23,539 nt of DNA from Halocafeteria seosinensis (GCA_001687465.1 LVLI01000327.1:62001-85539), one strand, 5' to 3'. Shown: positions 10,401 through 21,721, counted from the first letter of the stretch. The notes: generated from the sequence alone by a model not told the origin. A program made the numbers and translations.

Positions 10401-11402
10401 CTATGGATACCATGTTAGATCGACTCCCGATGAACATAAAGTCGTTGATCCGGCATACTGTTTCATATTAGGCTTCGACCAACCTCCGAACGCTCTGAAG
10501 TCACTGAAACTTTTCTCGCCGTCATAGTGCGCATACCATAGCGGAAACCTGGATCCGCCACTCCAATCACCCATGATGGGGATCCACTGAGATTCTGAGG
10601 TGTATACCCCAATCACTTGGCCATGTTTCTCCAACTCGGATACCAGTCCGTTGAAGAAATTGCGGTTGTCTGTCACTGAGCCAGACCAGTAGTGGGGCCC
10701 TTCGATATCCAGCCATACCATCTGCACCAAACAAGTTGACACGCCAATATCGCATCATTCATACCCGATTCACCTCCTTAAGCGATGAATTCATGATGTT
10801 TTCGAAACTTACACCATAGGTCTTGGGAGGAGAATTCTTATTAGAAATCCCATAGTCAGCCAAGTTTTTCAACATTGAGTTGACTTGCCCTTCCGGGTTG
10901 CCTGCTTTCGGTGCGGGGAACATGTAAATATCGACATGCTGAAAATGAAAGGGAAGGAAATGTGATATGCAGACTAAAATACTGAATGTTATTGCCATTG
11001 GATAGTCTTAAGGAAACATACCGACATTCCACCATCCCAGGCTGCAACAGCATAGTTACAGTGTAATGCATGTCATACGCTCTGCTAGCAAATTTTTCGT
11101 TACTGTACGTACCATTGTAGATGGTATGAGGACAAGCAGGGTCAGGACTATTGATAGACCTGTAGCATCGTGGGATTGCAAAGGAGACGCCATCTCCTTT
11201 CATACACTTGAATGCGTTCTCGTAGGTGTCCGTGCTGCAGCGCCAAACGAAATACCGGGATCAAGTGGTAGAAGAGCATTAAGACGAATAACCGGGCCGT
11301 TGCCTACCTGACATCTACTCCGACAACAGCATTGGCTCTTGGAACGAAGCTCATAAGAGCAGCGAGGCCGAGCAGCGCAGCCCAAGCGGGGAAGGACCGC
11401 AT
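10401..11402 (-). CDS. Secreted GH25 (Lys1-like/protist-type) lysozyme, copy B; exons 11402-11308, 11234-11113, 11041-11022, 10938-10813, 10721-10401; 227 aa
   Basis: Tandem paralogue of copy A with signal peptide MRSFPAWAALLGLAALMSFVPRANA, GVDVS, PRCYRS, AWDGGM, VDIYMFP, WLDIEG, PLWYAHYD and FGGW.KP..KQY. The 4 GT-AG introns give a 684-nt CDS. Confidence 0.92.
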
Positions 11403-11733
11403 TGTATTGCACAACCTTGAAGTGGGAAAGTAGCAGTATGCGAGCACAAAGACGACGTCCGTCTGTAATACGAAATATAGCAACCTGGAACACGTTAACA
11501 ACACGTTAATTCTGGTATACTGTATTGTTTAGCCCCATTGATACTCATATTATTGCTAAGATTCAGGAGCGGAAAATACCCGTCTTGCGACGGAGTCCGT
11601 CGGACGAACCGGTTGAACAACGTCAGCCAAGGGTAATCCGGTGGTAAGAATACGGTATACCTTTAATAAATCTTTATCAGATCTTCGGTGGTACTGTAAG
11701 TATTCATTGGTGGTCGTATGTTACAGCACGCAT

Positions 11734-13916
11734 CTATAGTTTCAAAGATGTAGCAGCGGAGTTCGCAGAAGATTTCCTGTTCTTGCCTTTCCGCTTCTTG
11801 GTAGCTGGAGGCTGATGTTCAGCTGAGGCCAAGGAGGAACCGTCCTTCAACTGATTTCTTACAGATGTTTGAAGGTCGCTGAAGAACTGATTTGACTTCG
11901 TATAGCTTGAAGGACCTCCCTCTGAGTGCGTACCTTGGATGACTTTGTTAGAGGCACTGAGCTCTTTTGCCATCTTGTCTTTATCCTGTCTGGAAGCCAT
12001 ATCCGGGTCTGTTTGGGCCAACAATTTTTGTTCATGTTCTCGCTGGCGCTTTCGCTTCCTTTTCTGTGCCTTCGACGAGCGTCGGCTTGCAGTCTTCTCC
12101 TGGGGATCCATTTCTGTCTTGCTCCGAAGACTTCCTCCTTTGCCTCTAACCGGTTGGTGAACCTCCTCAGGGGCCTTTTGCTCAGACTCAGACACCGCCA
12201 TCGGTAGAACTTCCTCCATACTCAAAGCCGGTACGTTGGGCTTAGTTTCTACATCCATCTCTTTAACTGAAGGCTTAGGCGTATAGTGGAAATTGGACAA
12301 CGAATCTAACTGTCGCCGTAAATCATCAAACAGGGTCTTCACTTCCTCTTCCACTCGTTCTTGCTTCTTCTCATTTTCGGAAGATGCCCCCATAGCCCTC
12401 TGTAAATACTCTGATTCGTATACTTCCCCCAATCCTGCTTTACTCTTTTCAGCACTAAGGTTGGTTGGTTGATTTTGTTCTTCTTCTTTGGCTTCCAACT
12501 GTTTTGTTTCGGTGGGTGCTAGTTTTCGTTCCACATCATCGTATGCTTCATCGCGTATACGCTGCTTTATTGTTTCTTCAAGGGACGATGTTTTCTCAGA
12601 AGTCACTATGGGCGCCGGTTTCGAAACTTGATCGTATTCAACAGTTGCCTCAAGTAGACTATTTTCTGGTCGTTCATTTGATGTTGCTTCCCCTTTCAGA
12701 CTCCAATGTTTTTCCCCCATAACTTCTTCTTCGAGTTGAGAGATTTCGCGTCTACGCTGTTCCAACTGTTCATTTAGAGGGGTCTTTTGATGTGCATCAC
12801 TAGTCGCTCGGTTCACTGATAAATCTTCTTCGTTCGCACTATCGTCGTCTGAGGTCTGACAATGTTCCGCATCTTCATGTTCATTACGATGATCTTGGTC
12901 ATCCGACATATCATTTTCTTCATCTTCGTCAACACCTTTGACTCCAGAACCTATTGCAGCAGAGCTTTCAGGTGGCCTGAAGAAGTTATTCTCTTCTTCC
13001 GACCCAATGTCTGAGTCTTGCAGTCCAGCATTGGGGGCAAACAAGTCATAATCCGGTTCCTCCATCTCGTCCTCCTCTCCCACATTTTGGCTTTCATTGT
13101 TTCTTTCGTTTTCGTATAGCTCTTCTTGTTGTCTCACAAAATCCTCCATTTGATTCAAGGAAAAGAATTCATCGTCGACTTCAGTCGACTCATATTTTGT
13201 GCGAGATGCATGCGTACCTCCGGATTCCTCCTCCTCTCTTTCCCGATTACTCCCTTGCTTCGATTCCGATATCTGTTCTGTTTCGGTATCATCCGACGAT
13301 ATGCTATCCTCTTCGTTCTCTTCCTCGCTGGTGCTGTGATGATGAGGAGACTCACTCTTCGCTTGCTGATAGGTGGAATCCGATTCGGCAACTGTGGTAC
13401 TTTTGGCTCCTAGCGATAACCTTTTCTGATTCTTGATAAGTTTTTGGAGCCTCTTCTCAAGTTTTGGTAAGATTGATTCGTTCTGTAAGCAGAAATACTG
13501 GGATCCCGTTTGGATAATTAGACATTCGCATTACCTACCTGCAAATTGATTTCCTCCCATATTTGTTCTGTGTCAAATCCCTCAATATATAATTGGGCTA
13601 ACGAACTCAATTTTGGGTTCGCTTTAACATCTGCACTTGGAAGCGTAATACAGTTTTAGGGATGGTCCGTCAGTCAGTCTCCCACAACCCAGTAACATAC
13701 TCGCATCAAACGCCACCTTCAAAACCCTTTTCAGGTTATTGTATACGTCCTCCGATGGACGATGGAAGTCCTGCATCCAAAAATAAACCGTAAATGCATC
13801 CACCGAGCCAGGGAACCAGTAATCCGATAACCTACTTCAGGAGCTTCATTGTAGTGTGATGCTGCTTCGGCTAACACTTTGACACGGTCAGAGACACTTC
13901 GTTTTTGCCCACTCAT
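11734..13916 (-). CDS. MPP10: U3 snoRNP/SSU processome protein Mpp10; exons 13916-13836, 13770-13701, 13630-13539, 13482-11734; 663 aa
   Basis: Motifs LYIEGFDTEQIWEEI.LQN, VDDEFFSLNQMEDF, I..LEE....K.W.LKGE....RPENSLLE, LEE.IK.RI....DDV.RK, KSK.GL.E.YE.EY, LDSLSNFHYTPKP, PALSMEEV.P and APEEV, with basic C-terminus. Three GT-AG introns keep the frame. Confidence 0.95.
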
Positions 13917-14408
13917 ATTGGTCCAGAGTAGTCCAAGGGAGCTCTGCATCGACGTATAGCCATACATGTTACATCTAAAGAGAACAAGCTCATTGTATTC
14001 CGTGCCTGTACGTCTTGTAGCGTAAATACAGTCCTTGTGTGTCAGTCCCTTGGAGCTGGTCGAGTTTGGTCGCAAACTTCAACGTATCAAACTTTTGTTT
14101 CACTCAGGACGCGCCTTTCTTGCGCCACCGTTGATTGGAGCAATGGCATTATACGTTGTTGTGTTGTGTAGGACTCCGCTTACAGAAGGGATTCCAGTGC
14201 AAGAAGGTTGCATAAGCCATCCAGAAAGATAATTTACTCTAAGACTCTCCAATAGGGGAAACAAATTTGCTTTCTTGCTCCAATCAAACCCTCGCGGATA
14301 CACGCACGGCGGTGTAAACTCGTCGGAGCATCTCCCTCGCGTACCTAGGAAAGAGTTATAAGCTTGAATAGCTTTATTCACAGTGGTAGTGCAGCGAGTG
14401 AAGGAGAA
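13917..14408. promoter_or_regulatory. Divergent intergenic region, likely bidirectional promoter of MPP10 and the NRL-like gene
   Basis: 492 bp separate the head-to-head ATGs. No specific motif was identified. Confidence 0.4.
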
Positions 14409-15725
14409 ATGGCCCATATTTTCAATAAGAAGAAGCATAGCGATATTGTGGTGACAGTATCTGGGGGAGATGAGGACCAATTCCAAGAGGAAACGTTTTT
14501 TCTCCACAAGTTTCCGTTGATCAGTAAATCTTTATACTTTGATGGTAAGTGAGTGCATCCCTTAGTGCACCAGCATGGATCGTGTGTCTCCAGTGTCTTG
14601 ATTTCATGTTACAAGCACAGAACACATACCCGAACAAACTGATGGCGCATCCCCTCTCGAGCTGAAGATTACTGAGTTTCCGGGAGGCCCCCGCACGTTC
14701 GAAACGGTAGCCAAGTATGTCTTCTTATCGCCATTTTGAACAGTATTGCAATGCTATCGGCTAAGCTCTCCTTCCACAACAGGTACTGCTATGGGATCGA
14801 TATTGAACTAACAACAGACGACATTGCATACATATACTGCGGCTCCCGTTTTTTGAGGATTCCAGACCTAGAAAAAAGTACTGCTAGTTTTATGGATGAA
14901 GTCGTGCTACGTGACATTGTCAAGGCCGCCAGGGTTTTGAAGGTGGCAACAGGAATAGGTATGATTTTATGAATTTAGAGACGACGAGACCATCGTTTGT
15001 AGACTTGTCCCTAATGCGCAGCTCACATGACGGAAGAGATGTTAAGTGGAGTTGTAGGACATTGCATTCAAGCTATCGCGTCCATGTTTGAACCGATCCC
15101 AGAGCTCTACCCTATCCCTGCTGACTGTTTCGCTTGCATTGTCCGAACGGCCAAGGAAATGGCTTCTGATAAGAAGGTACTTGAAGACGCAATCCTGTCG
15201 TACTTGGAAGCACATATCAAAGAAGAAAATGTTGGACTGGGGGTTGATGAATTTATTGAAGTTGTAAGTGCGCCAGGGAGAATGGAAGATATGCGCTATT
15301 GCGAATCTTTGTACAATCATCTGGAGATCCTGCTTCGAGAGTTTGGGAAGGATGAGGACAGTGTTGACAAATTGTGCAAACAGCTGCATAACCTGGGATT
15401 TTGGGTGTGTCTTCCCCATGTTGTCATTGAACGTGCTTATGGTGATCGGTATATACCGGATAGATACGTTACTGTCGCGTTGATGGCTGAAAACCGGCAT
15501 CTCCTAAAGGTGAACGAACAATTAGCAACTCAGGTAGAGCAATTGACGGACGCGCTTCGCCATGAAGCCGGTTTGCAAGACACAAACTACCCTACCCAAG
15601 CTGTTGAGGACGAGTACCACGAGGGTCATACCCATTTTAGCCCCTCCAAGGGAGGAAGGCAACCACCTGGATACCAGCGCGTCGACCGCTCGCCGCAGCA
15701 ACTTACGGGTAATGGATATACCTGA
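14409..15725 (+). CDS. BTB/POZ protein of NPH3/RPT2-like (NRL) type with shortened NPH3-like region and C-terminal coiled coil; exons 14409-14544, 14621-14714, 14783-14958, 15022-15725; 369 aa
   Basis: The spliced product contains SDIVV.V, FFLHKFPLISKS, FPGGPRTFETVAKYCYG, C.S.FL, L...T..F..EVVL and V..CI.AIAS, which are hallmarks of the NPH3-type BTB. Downstream ESLYNHLEILL and KLCKQL...IPDRYVTVALMAE align loosely with the NPH3-domain C-terminus. Confidence 0.8.
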
Positions 15726-15825
15726 CTCTGGAATTTAGACGAGTAACTCTTATAATGAATCCCAGCTTTCAAACAGATAAACAATATAAATGGCACTAAT
15801 GTTGCAATGCTGCCGCGCTTGTTCT

Positions 15826-18134
15826 TCATTGAGAAGCACTCTCAGCTTCTTCCATTGTTTTCCTCGCATGGCGTTGAGCGTAAGTCAAATAGGAGTCAGC
15901 ATCGTCGGACGGTGGATTGGCAACAGAGCGAATAGTTCTTTCCCCGTTACACACATGTGTGCAGAATATGGTGAAATCGGTATCCCCTGTACGTTGAGCG
16001 TAAAGATGATGGGGCAAGCCAGAAAATAAAAACAAGCACGTAGTCAACTCACCTGTGTTTGCCAACCATCTCAAAGCAGATATTTCTGCGTATGTGATTC
16101 CTCCGAGGAAACAAACCACGTATCGTTTTCTACCGCTTGTTCCAGCATTCTTCATGGTCCCATCTTTCTCAAAGCCGTACTTTCGAACAGCACCCGGCAT
16201 CTGTTCGAGTACCTTCATCCGTTGGCGAAAATCCTTCGTCACACTTTCCACAATACGCACGGATAAAGGAGCATACCTAGATGTGACGTATGTAAAGTCT
16301 GTAGGATCTGTCCAATCTCCAGACTCGTCAACAAGATTAAACTGCTTTTTTATTTCCGCCCAGCTATCATAGTTTTTCGAAGCTGACCATTCAAAAAAAT
16401 TGGACGACGTTTTCTTCTCCTCTTCCGTTGTTTCCTCCTGTGCTTTGGCATTGGCAATTGCATGGCGCCCAAAGCCAATGGAATCATCCACTTTTATCAG
16501 ACCAGATGTTTCCATGTTCACCCAAGTTTGCAAATGACCCAAACCATAAGTCCGTATAAAATCAGCCCTCCAACTCTCTAAATCCTTCCTCCGGAAGCCA
16601 TTATTCGTACACTGTGACATGAGAGCTATTAATCGTAGAATGTCCAACATGGGATATTTCTTCGCAAGTAACATTCCGACGGTTTTCTCCATCTTCTCTT
16701 CGTCGATGATACCTGCAGCAACGCATAATAGGGTTAGCGAACTAGCACGCATGAAGGCACTTTGAAGGCAACCGTACCATGCTCTGTTTGCCACCATTGT
16801 AATATGATATCTGAGTGCTTATGAAAAAAGTCTTCGAATATCAGGTATTGCTGGACGCTGGTCTGCGTACGCATAACAGACGGGAGTCGCTTAGAGACTT
16901 CTGGAATAGCAGAAGTACTTCTTCCAGCATGAAGCTGGTGCACTTCTTTAATCTCCGCAATATGCTCATTTAGTATCGGCTTAATGGCGCTGAAATGCCT
17001 ATCCCTGAGCTTTTCATAGACACTGTCATCCGTGTTGAGATACATTTTTACGAGGTTTCCGGTAGGATGAGACGGGGGGTCGTACTGCTTCCGATCTGAG
17101 AACTCTTTTGTGAGATCAGGCTGAACGAACAACTCATCAACTGTTATGAAACCATGTTGGATTTCGAATTTTTCATCAATCTGTCCCTCGAAAGTCAATG
17201 GAGTAAGTAGAGAGGTAACGAAATCCACAGTCCTATCTATAATCACCATTCCGTCCACTTCACTTTCTTCATTTGTGTTAGCTCGAGTCGACTCCTGTCT
17301 AATGTTTTGAAGTAGATCGAAAACCACAGCAGCGTTATCACCCTTAGAGAGTACTTTTTGCGGCTTGCCATACAGCAACTCAAAATTATGCAAACAATTA
17401 GCCACATGTAGTAACGGCCCTGTATCTCCCTCTACATATACTTGACGGAAGAGACGAGTGTCCTCCATTGAGATCAAATCATCATCAAGGGGCAACATGT
17501 TAAGGGAGCACGGCGAAATCGAATACAGTGAAGCGTAGACGTTCGCATCTTGCAGAATCTTATCAAAGACGAAGTCCCGGTCTGGAACGAGGATGAGATG
17601 GATGTTCTTATCCGGCGAATGCTGTTTGAATTCTCGCAAATGCTGACACAAATGCCTCGCATTTTGGTAGGTGTTTTGCAGCAAGTATGTAACATGGGTA
17701 GTCGTTACTCCCATCGTCTCTGATCTTACAGCATCACAGAGTCGCTCTACACTTTGCTCTTGCTTCTGCAACTCCACCGTTACGGTAGTCTCGAGTGAAG
17801 CAGCAAGGTCACATGAGAAAGAACACTAATTAACCAATATTCGCACCTTGATTCCACCAATTCCTTCCCGAAACAATAAAGGAAGCAGTTGAATTAGCTT
17901 AGGATCCAACATTAGAGTCATTGGGCCAGGAAGCTGCAAGCGCCAGCAATGTTGTGCTTACCGGTTTGTCTGCATAAACCTCTCGTTTATACTTACTTTG
18001 GAGAGTATTTCCAGCAACTGGTTCTTCCCATCATCGCGTACTTGCTGCAATTCGAAGGCTCCCCCCGAAAGGCTGCTAGGCTCATTCCTTTGGCGAGTCT
18101 TGTTCATATCCGTCTCGGGCAACGTGGCTGCCAT
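15826..18134 (-). CDS. VPS33: Sec1/Munc18-family vacuolar protein sorting protein 33 (HOPS/CORVET); exons 18134-17997, 17933-17847, 17765-16778, 16712-16053, 15986-15826; ~677 aa
   Basis: Motifs LMLDP.L, LILVP, LPLDDDLISME, G.P..V..KG..A..V, IIDRTVDFVT.LLTPLTFEG.IDE.F.I, LN..D.VY..LRD.HF, LRL..L.S....G, F...YG..HL, D..YV.S.YAPLSVRIVE and FLGGITYAEISALR. The intron-2 acceptor is slightly uncertain. Confidence 0.9.
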
Positions 18135-18663
18135 TGTTCGCTAGGTTTTCTGGAAACACAAACAAAACACTGAAGAACATAGATGATCTACTTCACAATG
18201 ATGTGCCTTGGGTCGACTGCCAATAACGCTACAGTCTGCCTACAGATTACCTTTCTCAGGCGGTCAGTGAGGGGAAGTGGACCAGGTTGGCTTGTGAACT
18301 TCAACCGGATTTCACACCAGTGTGTGTGTGTCACACTGTGGTGCACATACATAATCAATGGTACACGGATTAACCTTGTACCTTCTTTTGTTTTGCTATT
18401 TATTCCTACCCTTAGATCCATTGGACGCTGACATCTAACACAATTCACAAGGGTCGTCCATAGAACTGCTCCACTGGGCCTTAATGCTATACTGTTCCGT
18501 AACTTTATTGCTCTATCGCGGGGCAACTCGTACTATCCTGTGTGCCGCATCTACAAAGGTTTAGGCATTTCACAAGAGTGAGACAGCCGGGATGGGTCCA
18601 GTTCACCCACGGAAGACTGTCCGAGTGCGTGCACCAAGCGCTATACCAATGTATGGGCTTATG

Positions 18664-19728
18664 CTAATATTCGTATCCGTCCTGGGTAATCTTGGTCCCC
18701 CGAAGCCTCGGATACAGCCTTCGTTTGGCTTCCTCGTATGTCCCAAAAAATATGGTACCCCCAAGACCGATCCAAAGAATTCGTTGCTCAGCCCCAGAGA
18801 ACAACGTTCTCACACCTTCTTCTGTGACGATACGACGGAGAGCATGTCTAATTCCGGAGTACCGATGTTCTTGTGCATACTTCGTTTGAGTCATCAACCT
18901 AGTTTTTATAACGTCAAGTGGGGTCGTGAGTCCTGCAGCGATGGCACCAGCTGTCGATCCTAATATACAATTTTCCCATAACACCAGATCATCCTTCCCT
19001 GAAGAGAAAAGAGAGAAATCTAAATCCCTTTCGGTAAATAAACCACTATGCTCTATGAATGACATACGTCGATACTGAATTAGCCTCCTCTTGAGAAACT
19101 CGTATAATGCGAACTCGACAGCATCGAATGGAATCTCTCTCAATACGGTGCTCCAATAACCAGCAAAGAGCCCTCTGAATCCATCAGTTTTAATGATGTC
19201 CCTTACAGCAGCGGCTGTGCTTTGATGGTGCCCTGCTTGCATTTGCTGCTTCACAACCTCGAAAGGATTTCTTACGGCGCACACCGCAATTTCTGCCACT
19301 GATGCGGCTGTCATGTGTACCAACGGGAGAAGTATCGTCGCCTCAGGAGAGATCTGTGCCTCGAGGACTCGCTTCGTTCCTTCATACGTCGTCCAGAACG
19401 TAGCTGCTGCTGGGAATGAACCCAGCATGGCGGAGAAAAGCCCTGTGATCACAGGGAGAACAGCCACACGTACGCAAATAGCATAACCGAGATTCTAAAG
19501 ATATAGTGTCTAACCTTGATAGAAACCCTTCGCTCGCAGCGCCTGCCCAGCCATTTTGGCTGTGTTTGATAGTCTCGGCGGGTGTTCAACATTTGCTTTT
19601 TCCGTCAGCCCCGGTAACTTTCGGCTTTGTAGTCTCGTTTTGACGGTGTCCAAGGGAAATAATATGAAGTCTACAGTGACCCCAGAAAGACCCCCTGCAA
19701 TGGCGTTGATAACAACATCATCCAGCAT
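18664..19728 (-). CDS. Mitochondrial carrier (SLC25), S-adenosylmethionine carrier (SLC25A26/Pet8-like); exons 19728-19515, 19442-19068, 18998-18664; 307 aa
   Basis: Three carrier signatures ([30 protein letters not shown]) plus SAM-carrier-like GS.PAAA.F..TYE, REIPF...EF.LYE and RILWIG.GG.IF.G.YE. Two GT-AG introns keep the frame. Confidence 0.88.
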
Positions 19729-20158
19729 CTTCCTGGGGAAAGCTGCCACGCTAGTCTACAGCGCGGTGCCTCGATCGTCAGGGTATCATAGGGACGTAAA
19801 CGAAATAATCTCCTTCAGGCGCTTCAACATCTCCTTCAGACAGTCAAACTTTTAGATCAGCCACAAATTTGAGGGTGTTTATTCAATAATCTATCGCCGA
19901 TTCGACAGCAAGTTCATCGAACTTCACAGAGTGTGCCCGAGAGAAAATGTGCAGCAGATGTACCGTGGGTTACTGACACCGTATCTGACACCGTGCTGTC
20001 GTTCCGTTGAGGCAAACAAAAGTAAAAAGTAGGGATGCATTGTACTATATCAGTCCACAGCAAATGCAATCGAGAGGTGCTGAAGGGCCGGTAAGTTGTG
20101 TGCAACTGTACACGGAGTGAACCGAGAAGAAGCTCGATCGGACTGTACCCACAACATC

Positions 20159-20178
20159 TACAAGTTGTACAACTTGTA
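20159..20178. repeat. Perfect 20-bp palindrome TACAAGTTGTACAACTTGTA
   Basis: The sequence equals its own reverse complement; it can also be read as a 9-bp imperfect tandem duplication. Confidence 0.9.
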
Positions 20179-20493
20179 CCACTATCACTATGTTCTTTTC
20201 ATCGTAAGCGTTATAAGTCGGATCTTCGCAATATAAAAGGCAGGTATCTCCTAATATGGAATCCAGTCCTACGACATCCAGGAGGTAACTCTGACTAGGA
20301 AGAATACACCTCCGTCATCTCGTTCTCGAACCCAATCAACGAAAACGCAAAGCCCACAGCGAGTGATCAAACGAGACAGGAAGCGCAGTTACGCTCTCGA
20401 ACGCAATCTGTTCTTTGCTCTTGCTGCCTCCCGAGTGCACAGTTAAGAAGATAACGTGGCAATACTATATTGATGCCTGGATCTACTGATAAG

Positions 20494-20530
20494 ACACACA
20501 CACAAATGTGACAGATAGCCCACCGGCCGG
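20494..20530 (-). mobile_element. 37-bp micro-insertion, family 2 copy a, flanked by 6-bp TSD GATAAG
   Basis: GATAAG occurs at 20488-20493 and 20531-20536. Positions 20496-20528 are identical (33/33) to 21728-21760. On the - strand it reads ccGGCCGGTGGGCTATCTGTCACATTT(GT)n. Confidence 0.7.
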
Positions 20531-20829
20531 GATAAGTGTTGCGATACTGGTAGCGGTAGCGTGGCTCCGACACTTCCAGCGACAGACAGGTAAAAGAGGA
20601 TACCCTAGATGCTCACCATTTCACGGCTTACACTTCCCAGTGTGTGCCCTGGAGTACCGTAGATGTCAACGGTAACGTTATCAAGAGGCACTTCCAGGAA
20701 GTATTGAGGAATCCCAAAACAGGAAAAACATGTCGTGTGGCAGATGTGAATATAGTTAAGAGTTTCTACCCTATGTTGAGTTTATTCAAGAAGAAGAAGC
20801 TCAACAATCAAATTGAAAAGTTGATGAAT

Positions 20830-21180
20830 GTTTTGCACCACCTGAAGCAGCGAAGGGGTGACAAACGGGCGATATAAGACACTAGCCGTAACGGATATAG
20901 CCGAGTATGGCAAGGAGGCACGTCCATCAAACAAAGGGTATAGAAGCGATCCCACTTATATTATGGGGCATACAGAGCCACTCGTGTCCCAGTTGCCTGG
21001 CTACGGATCGTTCCTTGCGCAATCGTACACGGGAAAAGTCAGAAGGACCGAATTGAAAATACATCATACCAAGGAAAAGAGCATTTGGACTTAACTTTTG
21101 TGGCTACCCGAGAGGATGAGCTTGAACCTTAGGATATGGCGGTAGAAATAGGAAATGCGCGGGCCATAGCAGCATTTTTC
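20830..21180 (+). pseudogene. Degenerate zinc-knuckle/restriction-like endonuclease (RLE) region of a CRE-like non-LTR retrotransposon (fragment A)
   Basis: Read across frameshifts and stops: HHLKQRRG...IRH.LAVTDIAEYGKEA ... HTEPLV ... RRTELKI.SYQGKEHLDLTFV ... MAVEIGNARAI. This matches the order H..C..G...RH, EP, R.Dl, lDvTv, S.A.Q.GNA..I expected for CRE-type RLE domains. Heavily decayed. Confidence 0.5.
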
Positions 21181-21409
21181 ACGTTCGAAAAGACGAACTC
21201 GCTGAAAAACTACTCAGCTGTATCCGAACACTGTCATTCCGCACTTGAGATAGCCACAAGCGCTGCGGCGTCTTGCAGATCGACAGCAATAATGCACCAG
21301 TCCGTGCACAGCGTGCTTTCTGGACATCGGGTGGATGATACTCCCACCTACGCCGACATGATAGGGAGCTCATCCCTTTCGCGATGGAAGCCACTGGAGG
21401 ATTCGGCCA

Positions 21410-21653
21410 CATGAATATACAATAAATGCGTCGAAACGATGCGTATCGCTTCCTCAAGCGTCTGCAGCAGGACAGTATATTATAGGCCTATGGGCAAAAG
21501 CGTCTGGCACAGAGATTCCCGGGGACACTGAAAGGAGCGTGGGACCAACGAAACTACAGGAAGCTGGTGATGTCTCGGCTAAGCCTGTGCTTGATGAGAG
21601 AGAACGTCAAAATGATCCGGCATTTCGTGAGTACCATGCAACTTGAAACGTAA
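21410..21653 (+). pseudogene. C-terminal end of the RLE domain of a second CRE-like element (fragment B), interrupted by a micro-insertion
   Basis: Removing 21465-21506 (insert plus one TSD) gives NDAYRFLKRLAQRFPGTLKGAWDQRNYRKLVMSRLSLCLMRENVKMIRHFVSTMQLET*, resembling the CRE terminal motif A..FLK.LA ... RLS..L.R.N..MI. Not in the ORF track. Confidence 0.65.
21465..21497 (+). mobile_element. 33-bp micro-insertion, family 1 copy a, flanked by 9-bp TSD AAGCGTCTG
   Basis: AAGCGTCTG occurs at 21456-21464 and 21498-21506 around CAGCAGGACAGTATATTATAGGCCTATGGGCAA. Removing the insert plus one TSD restores the host reading frame (FLKRLAQRF). Confidence 0.78.
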
Positions 21654-21721
21654 GTAGAATAGTACCATCTTGCTCGTGGATTCTTCCGGTAGGACGTATA
21701 CCAATACACACTTCATGTGGT

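Noticed and set aside
18135..18663. ORFs 18183-18431 (+) and 18188-18526 (-), or a box C/D snoRNA, between VPS33 and the SAM carrier
   Set aside because: No recognisable protein motif and no properly spaced C/D boxes with a terminal stem. Treated as UTR/promoter DNA.
19549..19561. AGCCATTTTGGCT matches part of the dinoflagellate spliced leader
   Set aside because: It lies antisense inside the SAM-carrier CDS (TAKMA codons), and the compact gene structure is not dinoflagellate-like. Probably chance.
19914..20480. Short ORFs between the SAM carrier and the first micro-insertion
   Set aside because: No recognisable domain in the frames I translated. It may be decayed TE sequence, but I cannot support a call.
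20570..20697. Recurring CACTTCC(C)AG (20571, 20631, 20689) as a TSD or ~59-bp periodic repeat
   Set aside because: The intervening sequences are not similar and have no second copy in the window, so this cannot be distinguished from chance.
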